64,000 nt of DNA from Macrostomum lignano (GCA_002269645.1 NIVC01001449.1:224034-288033); one strand, 5' to 3'. Shown: positions 51,008 to 61,520, numbered from the stretch's first letter. Notes: generated from the sequence alone by a model not told the origin. Numbers and translations are program-made.

Positions 51008-51499
51008 TTAGTTAGCTGATGAAGCAGCAGTGCCTCGGTTGTCAGCAGTGCCTCGGTTGTCAGCAGTGCCTCGGATGTCAGCAGTGCCTTGGATGTCAGC
51101 AGTGCCTTGGATGTCAGCAGTGCCTTGGATGTCAGCAGTGCCTTGGATGTCAGCAGTGCCTCGGTTGTCAGCAGCGATCTCATAGGGTGGTGGAAGGCTA
51201 TCATCTTCAGTATCCAAATCACCAATCGCTTGCATGGCTTGAGCTTGGTTTTGATAGGATAGTGCAATAGCTTGCATGCTTTTTCTTTTTGCCACATTTT
51301 CCTTCAGAAGCTTCAGGAGCTTATCCTCCTCCGTAAAGGACTTGAATGTATCTAAACCTTGTAGCTTATTGATTAGTCTCTCAGAACCTAGATCTGCAAA
51401 TATAGTTAATGGCATGAGCCTTCGAATCTTTTGCTTTGTGAGTTCGAATTCCTTTCGATGATCCCTATATCTCTTGCGAAGTTCCTTTTCGGATGGCAT
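51008..51499 (-). CDS. Hypothetical protein with C-terminal GTAD(I/N)(Q/R) hexapeptide repeats (probably Polinton-associated)
   Basis: 163-aa ORF with a non-repetitive helical N-terminus and an in-frame 18-bp repeat tail. Confidence 0.5.
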   Translation of the reverse strand: MPSEKELRKRYRDHRKEFELTKQKIRRLMPLTIFADLGSERLINKLQGLDTFKSFTEEDKLLKLLKENVAKRKSMQAIALSYQNQAQAMQAIGDLDTEDDSLPPPYEIAADNRGTADIQGTADIQGTADIQGTADIQGTADIRGTADNRGTADNRGTAASSAN

Positions 51500-52215
51500 G
51501 TCTATTAAAGCTTTTTATTGTTGCAATGAATTTGGAGAGAATTATCAGCCATCTTTCCAAATTCATTCCTGTATTAATATTATGTGAAAATACAAAAGCA
51601 GCGCATAACCTCAATTCTCATTGGTATCTCATTGATGACAACCAATGAGAAAGCGACACCGGGTGAATGGAATGCAACTTTGCAGGCTCATGCCAGATGC
51701 AGAAAAAATTCTATCCACATGAGTCAGAATTGTAGTTACTTGAGATGCATGGCATCGCACTGCACAATGTACACTGAAAGAAACTATGTTCCTTTTTTCT
51801 TTAAAGCAGAATGACTCAACATTCTTTCTAGCTTTTCGCATCAAGAATGAAGCAAAGCAACTAACCTAACCCTAACAGTTTAGCAGTTGAGTCAATAAGA
51901 ATTTATTGTTCCTTTATCAATAGGTTTTGAATATCAGCATGCTGCAGCAGGAATTGAGCACCTCTTAAACCCCAACTCTAAAGCACGGCCATGGCAGTTT
52001 TTTCTCTATTTTCATGACTCAGTGCGCATGTAAGAAGTCGCTTAGGTGGCTTGATAAAAACCCGCTTTAGTTTTGGAAGCAATACAACACACGTTTATCA
52101 GACAGACTAAAGCAAACAGAGTGAACATATAAATCACACAACTCAGCAACAACGAAAAGGTAAGAAATAAGAGTTTTGTTCTTGTGTTGATTTTGATACT
52201 AGCTAAATAGTTATA

Positions 52216-52851
52216 ATGCCCTACATTTTAGAATCCCGTATGGAGGCAGCAATGGCATCATTCGAATCCGACCTCGATAGTCTTATCAAGGAGATTTTTT
52301 GTAGTGGGGATTTAAAGCATTGTAAGAAATGGATAGGAGAATATAACAAGGTTGCTAGAAAATTTAATAGGAAGAAGTTTGCTATTCCAACTTTTCGAGG
52401 TAGATTGGAGAGAGTGGACAAGACAAAGGAACGAATAGCAGAAGCTGCTAAAATACTGCGGGATTCGATGGAGCATCAAGAGCCGGGAGAGATTAATGAA
52501 TTTATGGACGGAGAGTATCAATTTCAGGATGCAATTACAGAACTTAATTCCATTGATAAAATGATAAACGAGCTACAGTGCCGGGGCTTGCAGTATGGAA
52601 TTAAGTCTGGTCAGATATTAATAAGAATGAAGCTTTCATTGAGTGACGAGGAGTATAAAGTATTTTTGTCTAGACTACGCTTTAAGTCCGCGTGGGGGAA
52701 CTATTTAGTCCGAGTGGCTCGTCTAAGCACAGCACATCCAATTCTGTGGCGTTGTGGCATCTCACTGTTTCGCCTACGTTCTATAATCAAGTACGCTGAG
52801 AAAGCCCTGGAGATGCTGGAGGAAGAGGAGGAAGATGCACTTCTGATCTGA
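52216..52851 (+). CDS. Hypothetical helical protein (weak DUF3102-like motif)
   Basis: Open 211-aa ATG ORF, virus-like composition; GQILIRMK..Y..FL..L.F..AWGNYLVRVA motif. Confidence 0.6.
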   Translation: MPYILESRMEAAMASFESDLDSLIKEIFCSGDLKHCKKWIGEYNKVARKFNRKKFAIPTFRGRLERVDKTKERIAEAAKILRDSMEHQEPGEINEFMDGEYQFQDAITELNSIDKMINELQCRGLQYGIKSGQILIRMKLSLSDEEYKVFLSRLRFKSAWGNYLVRVARLSTAHPILWRCGISLFRLRSIIKYAEKALEMLEEEEEDALLI

Positions 52852-52911
52852 TGAAAATCTTATTGCGCGCGTTGTGAATCATAACATCTGACTCTCATTA
52901 TGCTGACTATT

Positions 52912-53140
52912 CTTTTTCACATCGAATACTGCAGTATCTGGTTCTTTTTTGCTCGTTGCTTTTTCACATCGAATACTGCAGTATCTGGTTCTTTTTTGCT
53001 CGTTGCTTTTTCACATCGAATACTGCAGTATCTGGTTCTTTTTTGCTCGTTGCTTTTTCACATCGAATACTGCAGTATCTGGTTCTTTTTTGGTCGCTGC
53101 TTTTTCACATCGAATACTGCAGTATCTGGTTCTTTTTCTG
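52912..53140. repeat. 5 x 47-bp tandem repeat, each with the 12-bp palindrome ATACTGCAGTAT
   Basis: ATCGAATACT recurs at 52921, 52968, 53015, 53062 and 53109. Confidence 0.95.
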
Positions 53141-53247
53141 CCTATTGTAATATCGCTTATACATTTCTAATTGCTTAATCCTGTGGATGCCACAATAAAT
53201 TTATAACGTCATTACATAATTTTCCTGCTAAATTTATTTTATAAAAA

Positions 53248-56200
53248 ATGGAACAACTCAGAAAGATGAGTGATGAAGAATTTGAACAATACATTCAAGC
53301 TGAGCGGTTTCGGCGTCAGCAGCAAAAGCACACAGATAATGAGCCTATAGCGGAGTCCAAAGAAGATGAAGTGGCAGCTCCGCAGATTGGTGATGAAATA
53401 ATACTACATAAATCCTTTAGAGAGAAGTATAATAAGAAGTCAGAAATTTCAGAGTATGTCATTAGGAATGTTAATGAAGGTTATATAACAAAGGTTTTTA
53501 TTCAGTATGAAGATGCAATTAAAGCAGTGTTGGAGAAAGTTAGAGATGGTGGACGGAGTAAGTTCAACTTGCATTTTGAACTAGAATTCAAAAAGAATTT
53601 TAACGAAGACATTCCTCCCTTCACAGTCTATGACAATGAAAGTGGATTCTACAATATTCAGTCAGATTCACAGTATGACACTGCCCTTAGCGAAAGACAG
53701 GAGACATTGGAAAAGTTCATTGATGAGTTCTGTGAGAAGGGATCAGATAATGTCTTTGTGCAGATAAAATCTATCTACATCAGAGTTGCCAAGGTTTCTA
53801 GCATTCAGGGAGGATCCTTCTTTACTAACAATGAAATTAAAAAATGTCGATCAATTCTTAACATTCAGAATGATGATGAGAAATGCTTCCTCTGGTGTGT
53901 ATTAGCTGTTAAACATCCACAAAATAAAGATGGTTATCGAGTGTCAAAATATAAACCATATGAAAAAGAACTTAATCTCACCGATATCCAATTCCCCATG
54001 AGAATAAAAGATATAAAAAAGTTTGAAAGACTAAATGAAGAGTTTGCTGTTAATGTGCTGTATTATGAAGGTAAATTCCCAGATACACTACAACATCTCT
54101 ATGTCTCACCTCATAATCAACGAACTTATGTAGTAGATTTACTATACCTGGAGGAAGATGGTAACACTCATTATTGTCTGATAAAAAATCTTACAACATT
54201 AGTTTCAAAACAAACTGGAAAGCGTGTAAATCACAAGTCATTTTTATGCAGAACATGCATGACTGTTTACACAAGTGAAAACGTGTTGGCCGAGCACTCA
54301 AGGTTGTGCGGTAAAAATGCACCCGGTCTTTATAAATTACCTAAGGAAGAATCGAAGCTGAAATTTAAGAATCATATATTCAAACTAAAGCTACCCATCG
54401 CTATCTATGCTGACTTTGAAGCAACAACTGAACCCATTGAAGCACAAAGTAAAAGCTTCACTAAGATTTTAGACAAAGAGTCATATACTCTAAAAGTAGC
54501 AAATCAGAACGCAATAGCTTACGGTTTTTATATCCATTCTGAGTTACCCGAGGTAATTAAATCGAAGTATGAAGGATATTGTGGCACAGATGCCAAGGAA
54601 AAATATGTTGATAGAATGGTTGAAATTTATCAACAAATTAAGAATGGTCTGAAGGAGCCTAAGCATATTAATCATAATTTGACATCGCAAGAGGAGGCTT
54701 CTTTCTGTAAGGCTAAACAATGCTACATATGCGAGAAGGAGTTTGATATGGTTCCAGATATGAAGGTGCATGTGAAGGAAATTGACAGTAAAGTTACTAT
54801 AGAATCTTGGTGCAAAAAATGTCTGAACAAGAGCAATAATATAAGTAAATATAAGATCACAAAGCAACAATGGAAAGAGTTTTACAGGGCTGAAAAATGT
54901 GCGAATTGTAAAAATGACTTTACACTTAAGCTAGGTAAGGTAAGAGAACATTGTCACTATAGTGGCAAATATAGAGGGGCTGCCTGTAAATCCTGCAATG
55001 CTCTCGAGAGTAAGAAGCGAGTAATCCCAATCTACTTCCAGAATGGATCCCACTATGACTTTCACTTCTTAGTGACACATTTAAAGAGCAAAGAGACCAT
55101 GGAGGATAAGTTATTTCCTCCACTATCTAAAACTTCTGAAGAGTACATTTCTCTCGAGTTTGGATGTAACAAAGTAGTACTGAGGTTCCTAGATTCATAC
55201 AGGTTCTTGGCTTCCTCGCTGGATATCTGCGCAAAGTCCCTGAAGGATGAAGACTTCATCATAACAAAGAAATACTTTAAAAACGACAGCGATTTTCAAT
55301 ATGTTAAGCGCAAGGGTGTATTCCCATATGAGTATATCAGAAGCTTTGGAAGATTAGCAGAAACTGAGTTACCACCATTGAAAGAGTTTTACTCGAGGTT
55401 GAAAGGTGAAGACATTTCTTCAGATGAATATGATTTTGCAAAACAAATGTGGAAAACTTTTAGTTGTAAGAATTTGGAGGATTATATGATGCTGTATCTT
55501 AAGGTTGACGTTCTATTATTAGCAGATGTATTCGAACGCTATAGAACATTCTTCCTGAAACACTTTGAGATTGATCCAGCCAGATGCTTCTCAGCACCAG
55601 GATTGAGTTGGAATGCTGGGTTGAAGAAAAGTAAAGTTGAGTTAGACTTGCTGGCGGATATCGATATGATTCATATGATTGATAGTGGAATAAGAGGTGG
55701 ATTTAGCGGAGTTCTAGGGTCACGATATGTAAAGGCAAATAATCCTTATCTTCCAGGCTATGATTTAGAAAAACCAACTTCCTACTTACTTTACGTTGAT
55801 TGTACAAATCTCTATGGTTATAGTATGTTGGAACCCCTTCCTTTTTCTGACTTTAAATGGGAAGCTGATTCCAACTATTATAAAAATCCTCCTGAAGGAC
55901 GGGGCTGTCTTGTTGAATGTGATCTTGAATATACAAAAGAATCAAAAAAGAAAACGTATGCCTTCCCATTAGCACCTGAAAGTACAACTGTGTCAGAAAG
56001 TGAATTGAGTGAATATCAGAAAGGATGTCTAGAAGTCGAAATGAAAAAGATTGGAAAAGTTCCTAAATTGATCCTTAATTTAAAAAATAAAACAAAATAT
56101 ATCGTACATCATAAGCTATTGCGATTCTATGAAGAGATGGGCTTGAAAGTGACAAAAGTACATAGGACGATTTCATTCAATGAAAAGCCATGGTTAAAGG

Positions 56201-57075
56201 AGTATATCGAGTTTAATACGATAGAAAGAAAGAAGGCAAAAGAAGCAAAAATTGAGTTCGAAGACAATCAGTTCAAAATGCTTAATGTAAGCATCTTTGG
56301 CAAGACAATGGAGGATGTTAAAAAGAGAAAGCGATTTGAGTTGCTGACAAGTGAGGATGAGATATCTAAGATAATATCCAAGCCAGATTTCATAGACTTC
56401 AAAATCTTCAATGAAAATCTAATTTGCATTCACCAGCGACCTAAGAATATCCCTCTTGGAACAAAGCCAACATACGCTGGACAAGCAATTCTGGATCTCT
56501 CGAAATTGCATATGTATGAAACATTTTACAAAGTTTTCAAGTCCAAATGGGGGGATAATGTTGAGATTGTTACCTCTGACACCGACTCATTCATTCTTCA
56601 TATAAAGACAGAAAATATTTATAAAGACATTGCTCAGATGAAGGAGCATTTCGATTTGTCGCTGTATACTAAAAATTTTCCGATTGATTTACATGATATG
56701 AATAATTGTGGAAAGCTGGGAACATTCAAGGATGAATTGGCAAAATATGATTGCATAATGACAGAAGTAACCGCTCTAAGATCGAAAGCATATTCATTTA
56801 AAACAGTTTATGTCAGCACTCAAAAGGAAGGGAAGGAAGAGAAAAAATTAAAGGGAATCTCAAAGTCAACAGTGAAGCATCATGTACAATATGATGACTA
56901 TAGAAATATACTACTTGATTATAACGAACCAGTCTATAGGAAAGTGTATAGCCTTAGATCAGACAAGCATAACATGACTTTAATAGAACAAAATAAGAAG
57001 GCTATTAGTCCTTTCGATGACAAAAGATACATTGAATCCAATGGAATTATAACACATCCTCATGGATTCAAATAA
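53248..57075 (+). CDS. Protein-primed family B DNA polymerase (pPolB), Polinton/adintovirus type, 1275 aa intact
   Basis: KCFLWCVLA N-domain; exonuclease YADFE and DSYRFL; endonuclease-VII-like EHCHYSGKYRGAAC; polymerase YVDCTNLYG, KMLNVSIFGK, SDTDS, GTFKDE, RSKAYS. Confidence 0.96.
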   Translation: MEQLRKMSDEEFEQYIQAERFRRQQQKHTDNEPIAESKEDEVAAPQIGDEIILHKSFREKYNKKSEISEYVIRNVNEGYITKVFIQYEDAIKAVLEKVRDGGRSKFNLHFELEFKKNFNEDIPPFTVYDNESGFYNIQSDSQYDTALSERQETLEKFIDEFCEKGSDNVFVQIKSIYIRVAKVSSIQGGSFFTNNEIKKCRSILNIQNDDEKCFLWCVLAVKHPQNKDGYRVSKYKPYEKELNLTDIQFPMRIKDIKKFERLNEEFAVNVLYYEGKFPDTLQHLYVSPHNQRTYVVDLLYLEEDGNTHYCLIKNLTTLVSKQTGKRVNHKSFLCRTCMTVYTSENVLAEHSRLCGKNAPGLYKLPKEESKLKFKNHIFKLKLPIAIYADFEATTEPIEAQSKSFTKILDKESYTLKVANQNAIAYGFYIHSELPEVIKSKYEGYCGTDAKEKYVDRMVEIYQQIKNGLKEPKHINHNLTSQEEASFCKAKQCYICEKEFDMVPDMKVHVKEIDSKVTIESWCKKCLNKSNNISKYKITKQQWKEFYRAEKCANCKNDFTLKLGKVREHCHYSGKYRGAACKSCNALESKKRVIPIYFQNGSHYDFHFLVTHLKSKETMEDKLFPPLSKTSEEYISLEFGCNKVVLRFLDSYRFLASSLDICAKSLKDEDFIITKKYFKNDSDFQYVKRKGVFPYEYIRSFGRLAETELPPLKEFYSRLKGEDISSDEYDFAKQMWKTFSCKNLEDYMMLYLKVDVLLLADVFERYRTFFLKHFEIDPARCFSAPGLSWNAGLKKSKVELDLLADIDMIHMIDSGIRGGFSGVLGSRYVKANNPYLPGYDLEKPTSYLLYVDCTNLYGYSMLEPLPFSDFKWEADSNYYKNPPEGRGCLVECDLEYTKESKKKTYAFPLAPESTTVSESELSEYQKGCLEVEMKKIGKVPKLILNLKNKTKYIVHHKLLRFYEEMGLKVTKVHRTISFNEKPWLKEYIEFNTIERKKAKEAKIEFEDNQFKMLNVSIFGKTMEDVKKRKRFELLTSEDEISKIISKPDFIDFKIFNENLICIHQRPKNIPLGTKPTYAGQAILDLSKLHMYETFYKVFKSKWGDNVEIVTSDTDSFILHIKTENIYKDIAQMKEHFDLSLYTKNFPIDLHDMNNCGKLGTFKDELAKYDCIMTEVTALRSKAYSFKTVYVSTQKEGKEEKKLKGISKSTVKHHVQYDDYRNILLDYNEPVYRKVYSLRSDKHNMTLIEQNKKAISPFDDKRYIESNGIITHPHGFK

Positions 57076-57077
57076 GT

Positions 57078-57383
57078 TTAAAAAACCAAACAATTCAATT
57101 GCTTAAGAAGTTTCTTGCGCTGATCATTAAACTCAACATACTTCCTGATCTCTTTTATTTTTTTAACTAACTTGTCGATTTCATCTTCAATAAATGCTTC
57201 TGCAAAAACAATAGCAGTTTCAAGAAAACATTTGCGATCACTTAATTTATCAATATATCCATAATCCGGTTCTATTATTCCACAATGTGTACGCACCTCC
57301 CTAAAGTTATTTATTTGTATTTCTCTATCAATGCGCTTTATTTCATCTTGGTATGCATTTAGGAGAACTTTTATTGCAGCCAT
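57078..57383 (-). CDS. Hypothetical Polinton protein
   Basis: 101-aa ORF packed between pPolB and the next gene. Confidence 0.55.
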   Translation of the reverse strand: MAAIKVLLNAYQDEIKRIDREIQINNFREVRTHCGIIEPDYGYIDKLSDRKCFLETAIVFAEAFIEDEIDKLVKKIKEIRKYVEFNDQRKKLLKQLNCLVF

Positions 57384-57408
57384 TTTCTAGAAAAAAAATT
57401 ATACAATA

Positions 57409-58149
57409 TTAATTGTAGGGAGGTGCACTTGGAGCATTTGATTGAAGATTGAGTGTTGCCGAGTACTCTTTTGGCTTATCAGCTAGACCCAATTTTTCTC
57501 TCAGATCTTTTTCTAGTAATTCCTTTTTAATTTTTTCCTTCGCTGAATGACCAAGTCTACTCTCTTTGAGGATTTTATCAACGACTTCCGAATGGTTAAC
57601 TTCTTCAGGCGCAACACAGGCGTCTAACAATTGATCTCTTTTTTCTCTGTATTCTGAATAAATTGCAGCAGCTGCTTGAACCTCTTCAAGAGTTAATCTA
57701 TAATCATCAACTGCTTTTTGGGAGTAAATATACAATCTCTCTCTATATTGATTTGCCAGATCTCTGAGAACAATGTATTTTGCCTTCTGCTTTTGGCAAT
57801 GAATTTTCACAGTTGCAAACAACGACGTGGATTTTACAGCTTCAAAACCACTCATTGCCCCGATTACTACTCCAATAACTAAGGGATTCAATGTCAGTAT
57901 CGATGTTGCTATGCCAATTCCTGTAGCAGCCAAGAGACTTACATTTCCTGTCACAATGTTGATCCAATTTATCCTGCTACTTTGCCGTTTGTACTTTTTT
58001 ACCTTTTTGCTATAAATTGTAAGATCTTTAGTAATGCATTCAATACTGCCTTTGATTTCACCCTTTCTCTGATTGAAATAGTCCCGCTCCCTCAAATCTG
58101 CTTCATGCAGCTCAACCACAGGATAGATGTGTTCATTTTTTTCATTCAT
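57409..58149 (-). CDS. Polinton membrane-associated protein (hydrophobic hairpin plus coiled coil)
   Basis: Hydrophobic stretch WINIVTGNVSLLAATGIGIATSILTLNPLVIGVVIGAM; KAVDDYRLTLEE motif; C-terminal PSAPP. Confidence 0.7.
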   Translation of the reverse strand: MNEKNEHIYPVVELHEADLRERDYFNQRKGEIKGSIECITKDLTIYSKKVKKYKRQSSRINWINIVTGNVSLLAATGIGIATSILTLNPLVIGVVIGAMSGFEAVKSTSLFATVKIHCQKQKAKYIVLRDLANQYRERLYIYSQKAVDDYRLTLEEVQAAAAIYSEYREKRDQLLDACVAPEEVNHSEVVDKILKESRLGHSAKEKIKKELLEKDLREKLGLADKPKEYSATLNLQSNAPSAPPYN

Positions 58150-58151
58150 TT

Positions 58152-59561
58152 TTATGTGGCGATTATGTCTAAAATCGGATAAAGTTGAAAGCCTGAAACA
58201 ATAAGAACGGTTGATCCTTCAGTGGCTGAATTAATATGCACTCTATAAACAGAGAATTTTTCGGTGGAAGCTACTTCAAAATATTTCATGACTCCAGGAA
58301 CTAAACCAGCGTTTTCGGTAGAAAAAATATTCCTAAAGTCTCTCTTGTTATTGCTCCCTTTCAGAATAAAACTTTTTGGTTGATTTTTTATAATTTCACT
58401 ACCTACTGCTTTGGTTCCTTTCAATCCGAATTTCCAAATTTGAATAGACTCGGGAAGTTGTACTTCAATGTAAGAATTGGGTTCATTCCTCGATGCCCAT
58501 TCTGAATTAGATACTATATAACCCCAATTATCTGACGTTTCAAATGCTCCTGATGACGCTACATTGAAACCCCTTTCTCTATAGTTTTGACGTGTTGCTA
58601 GTGAGGGAATATATCCTGTATAAGATTTGAAACCTAGTCCCCGCCTTAGTCGCAGCTCCACTGATTCAAGTGCATTGTCTACGTATAGCTTTGGTACAGC
58701 TTGAAGTCTATCTATAGGCCACACTAAATCATTAACCACTGTTTGTCTCTCAAGTAATTCAACTTTTGTAAGCTTTACGGAACCAGAAAAATTAAGAGAA
58801 TAATGGAAATAATATGAGGGATTGGGTATTTTTTTCCTAAGATGTGCATTGCCCCTTCGTAGTTCAATGGGTGCACTTTGTTCAACAGGTGTCCAGTTTG
58901 TTCCATTTAGGCTCACACTAACAGACCAACCAGGCCACACCTCTCCTTCCAACTTTATCTCTACAACTTTCCTAGCTCTTTTCAAAAATTGAAATCGTAT
59001 CCACTTGTCTGAGTCATCTGCACTGCTCCAATCTGAAGCTGGGTTTGAATCTGCAACATGATATGCTGCTGAAGAGTTATGAGAAGCGGTCACTTTCATG
59101 TCAGAATGGGAAGCGTTTGAAGTCAGTAATGAAAGAATATTGACTAATTTCGAACTCTCTGTACCTCCCGCAGTACCTTGCCATTCTGCTAACAAAGTGT
59201 CAATCTCAGTTTTAGAATACATCTTAGTGTCAATCTCAGTTTTAGAATACATCTTAGTGTCAATCTCAGTTTTAGAATACATCTTAGTGTCAATCTCAGT
59301 TGTTGTGTAGAAATTGTTTACGCGCCCATGAGCATCGTCAATTAATTGTAGCATGGTGATATTCATTGCGTCACTATCTTCCTTTGAATAAGAGTCTGAA
59401 ACATTTCTCTTTGCTAACAATAAATTATCTATTTCCTCTCTCTTATATCCTTCATTTTCATTGATGTATCGATCATCAGCTAACGCTATTGTTATTCCAG
59501 GTGCTATATCATTTGAATTTGACGAGTAACCAAATTGATTGGCAGTATTCTTGTAACTCAT
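58152..59561 (-). CDS. Putative fibre/spike protein: YSKTEID repeats plus two discoidin/F5-8 type C-like modules
   Basis: 10-aa repeat YSKTEIDTKM (30-bp units, ~59196-59300); AVPKLYVDN linker; VTAS..W..WIRFQF..SLNGTNWT and EWAS..SYIEVQLP..FILKGSN..YRVHI. Confidence 0.7.
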   Translation of the reverse strand: MSYKNTANQFGYSSNSNDIAPGITIALADDRYINENEGYKREEIDNLLLAKRNVSDSYSKEDSDAMNITMLQLIDDAHGRVNNFYTTTEIDTKMYSKTEIDTKMYSKTEIDTKMYSKTEIDTLLAEWQGTAGGTESSKLVNILSLLTSNASHSDMKVTASHNSSAAYHVADSNPASDWSSADDSDKWIRFQFLKRARKVVEIKLEGEVWPGWSVSVSLNGTNWTPVEQSAPIELRRGNAHLRKKIPNPSYYFHYSLNFSGSVKLTKVELLERQTVVNDLVWPIDRLQAVPKLYVDNALESVELRLRRGLGFKSYTGYIPSLATRQNYRERGFNVASSGAFETSDNWGYIVSNSEWASRNEPNSYIEVQLPESIQIWKFGLKGTKAVGSEIIKNQPKSFILKGSNNKRDFRNIFSTENAGLVPGVMKYFEVASTEKFSVYRVHINSATEGSTVLIVSGFQLYPILDIIAT

Positions 59562-59989
59562 TTTAATTGCTGCAAAATTTCGTTATAGCTATCTCCTTTA
59601 TCGATTCGGTGTAAAAAGTACAGCGACATTTGACCACAATATTTCTTATCAAAAGTTTGAATTTGTTCTTCCATGTCTCCACATATTCTATTCTTTGTGT
59701 GATTAAACTTTTCCATAATTTCCAGTGTGGGCGGTAGTGCATAGGAATCAAAAAAATAAACCTTATCAGGAGCTGAAAATATAGCTGAATGATGTATACC
59801 CCGTTCTTTCGAAGTGTGAATATTTGTCATAAAGTAACCATACTGTGGTAAATCAACAATTTCATCTCTCATGGCATAGCGAAATGGTTTTAACTTGAGA
59901 TATTTTGCCCAATTTATCAGATCAATATTAGTCGTAGTGTCAGTCCCAAACTTTTGTTTAAATGCATTCCATGTCTCAGCTTCGCTCAT
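59558..59989 (-). CDS. Adenain-like cysteine protease
   Basis: GIHHSAI (His), YFFDSY (Asp), QIQTFDKKYCGQMSLYF (Gln/Cys); ATG at 59989. Confidence 0.88.
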   Translation of the reverse strand: MSEAETWNAFKQKFGTDTTTNIDLINWAKYLKLKPFRYAMRDEIVDLPQYGYFMTNIHTSKERGIHHSAIFSAPDKVYFFDSYALPPTLEIMEKFNHTKNRICGDMEEQIQTFDKKYCGQMSLYFLHRIDKGDSYNEILQQLK

Positions 59990-59998
59990 TTTTAACAC

Positions 59999-60787
59999 TC
60001 ATATTTGTCGTACGTGTAGATTTATAAATATTTCCTCGCCATCAAAGTCGTATAGAACACCAGACTCATCTTCGATGACAAAGTCGAATGTGCTCAACAT
60101 GTTTGTAGTTAGTGGTAGGTACACAGGATTTGCGGCTCTTGAATAATTTTACTTCCCATTGGGACAGAGAACGATGGAATTGAAAGAAGTATTTGCTTAT
60201 CAATTAAATGATTTCCATTAGCTGGATCAGTGATAAAACCCCCTTTGATATTAGACAACGAACCATGATCGCACTTCTAGCTCCGTCTATCCGAGCTGGA
60301 TTTGGAGCTCTCTCAAATGGTTTCAAATACACTTCCGAATTGAATCCCAACAGTCTTCTAAAGTTATTGGAATGTGCATCCCTGAAATCAACTTGATAAT
60401 CTGTGGCTAACCGTAACTCAACTCTACGCGTGTCTAGGCTTGCACTGAAAACAATAGCCCCTCTTTCCAATCATTTGCAGCTGTTAGCAATCTTTGAATC
60501 TCGCTTGACAGACTTTTAACTTCCCAAGATCCCGCTTGAATCTTTATTTTTTTCCATGTTCTACCACTATCCCTCGAGTATCGCAACTCATTATTGCCTC
60601 CTTCAATATTGTTAATAGCATCAAAGACTGCAAACTTTTTTATACCAGCTTCGTATTCTCGATCTTCATACAAATTTATAGGAGTGCCTAGAGTTTGTCG
60701 AAATGGGTTTTTAATTGAAAAGAAGTCAAATGTGCGTTGAAACTTTTTACTCAAGAGGATGTTGACTTTTTCTATTTCTTTTTCCAT
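59999..60787 (-). pseudogene. Minor capsid (penton) protein, frameshifted
   Basis: PINL..EYEAGIK..INNI..NNELRY, LLGFN, IMVRC and C-terminal NPVYLPL..FVIEDESG.LYDFDGE..INLHVR; shifts near 60460 and 60200. Confidence 0.78.
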
Positions 60788-60789
60788 TT

Positions 60790-61095
60790 TTAAGCAAGTA
60801 ATTCTGCTAGCTCTTTATCAACATTATTATGTCCTTCTGCCTTGGCGGCTAATAAAGTTAACACTCTTTCACTGAGTCCAGATCCCGGTTTTACTCGATA
60901 TCCTGGTGGATTATCTTTCAATATCCTTACTGCTTGCTTATAATTCCCACTTGATTTGGCCGCTGGATTTTTACAATGTTCAATGATGTTAACATAATCC
61001 TGCAATGTTTGCATCTTGAATTGCTTCAGCTCTTCACCATTTTCAGTTACTTTAGGCATTTTGAACAACTCTTCAAGATCTTCAGAAAATGGCAT
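60790..61095 (-). CDS. Hypothetical Polinton protein (start uncertain)
   Basis: 101-aa ORF ending at a TAAAAATG junction; contains GSGL..LTLLAAKAEGHNN. Confidence 0.5.
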   Translation of the reverse strand: MPFSEDLEELFKMPKVTENGEELKQFKMQTLQDYVNIIEHCKNPAAKSSGNYKQAVRILKDNPPGYRVKPGSGLSERVLTLLAAKAEGHNNVDKELAELLA

Positions 61096-61251
61096 TCGAA
61101 ATTCGTTGACAATGATGTCTCGACCTTGTTCATGGAATTCAACATCTATTACAGATGATCCAAATATATATCCAGCATCAGTTTTTTGAATCGTATACTA
61201 GGCGCTGGTCTTTGAGTTATTGGAATCTTTCCAATTTCTTCAATTATTTTG

Positions 61252-61518
61252 TCAAATACTTCTAGGGTTCAAATCGCCTTTTGGTGTACTTGATTGCGGA
61301 ACTGGAACTTTTTGATTCTGAAGTTTATCAACAAGGTTGGCATTGACATCAATAAATTCATCGAGCTTTTCTGTGACAGGTTTTTGAGCTAATGGAGCCA
61401 CTCTTGCATATAAACTCTCTTCTCCAATTTTCAAATAGCGTTGAGCATCATTTCTGGATTTGTACATTTCTCGCTGCTTTGCTAAATTAATGAGTTCTCT
61501 TATATATTCATTAGTCAT
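61252..61518 (-). CDS. Hypothetical Polinton protein (may be joined to 60790-61095 through frameshifts)
   Basis: 88-aa ORF starting at a TAAAAATG junction. Confidence 0.45.
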   Translation of the reverse strand: MTNEYIRELINLAKQREMYKSRNDAQRYLKIGEESLYARVAPLAQKPVTEKLDEFIDVNANLVDKLQNQKVPVPQSSTPKGDLNPRSI

Positions 61519-61520
61519 TT

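Noticed and set aside
52912-53140. CRISPR-like array
   Set aside because: Units are contiguous and near-identical with no unique spacers; no cas genes; eukaryotic context. The 23-bp array at 2.7-5.5 kb fails for the same reason
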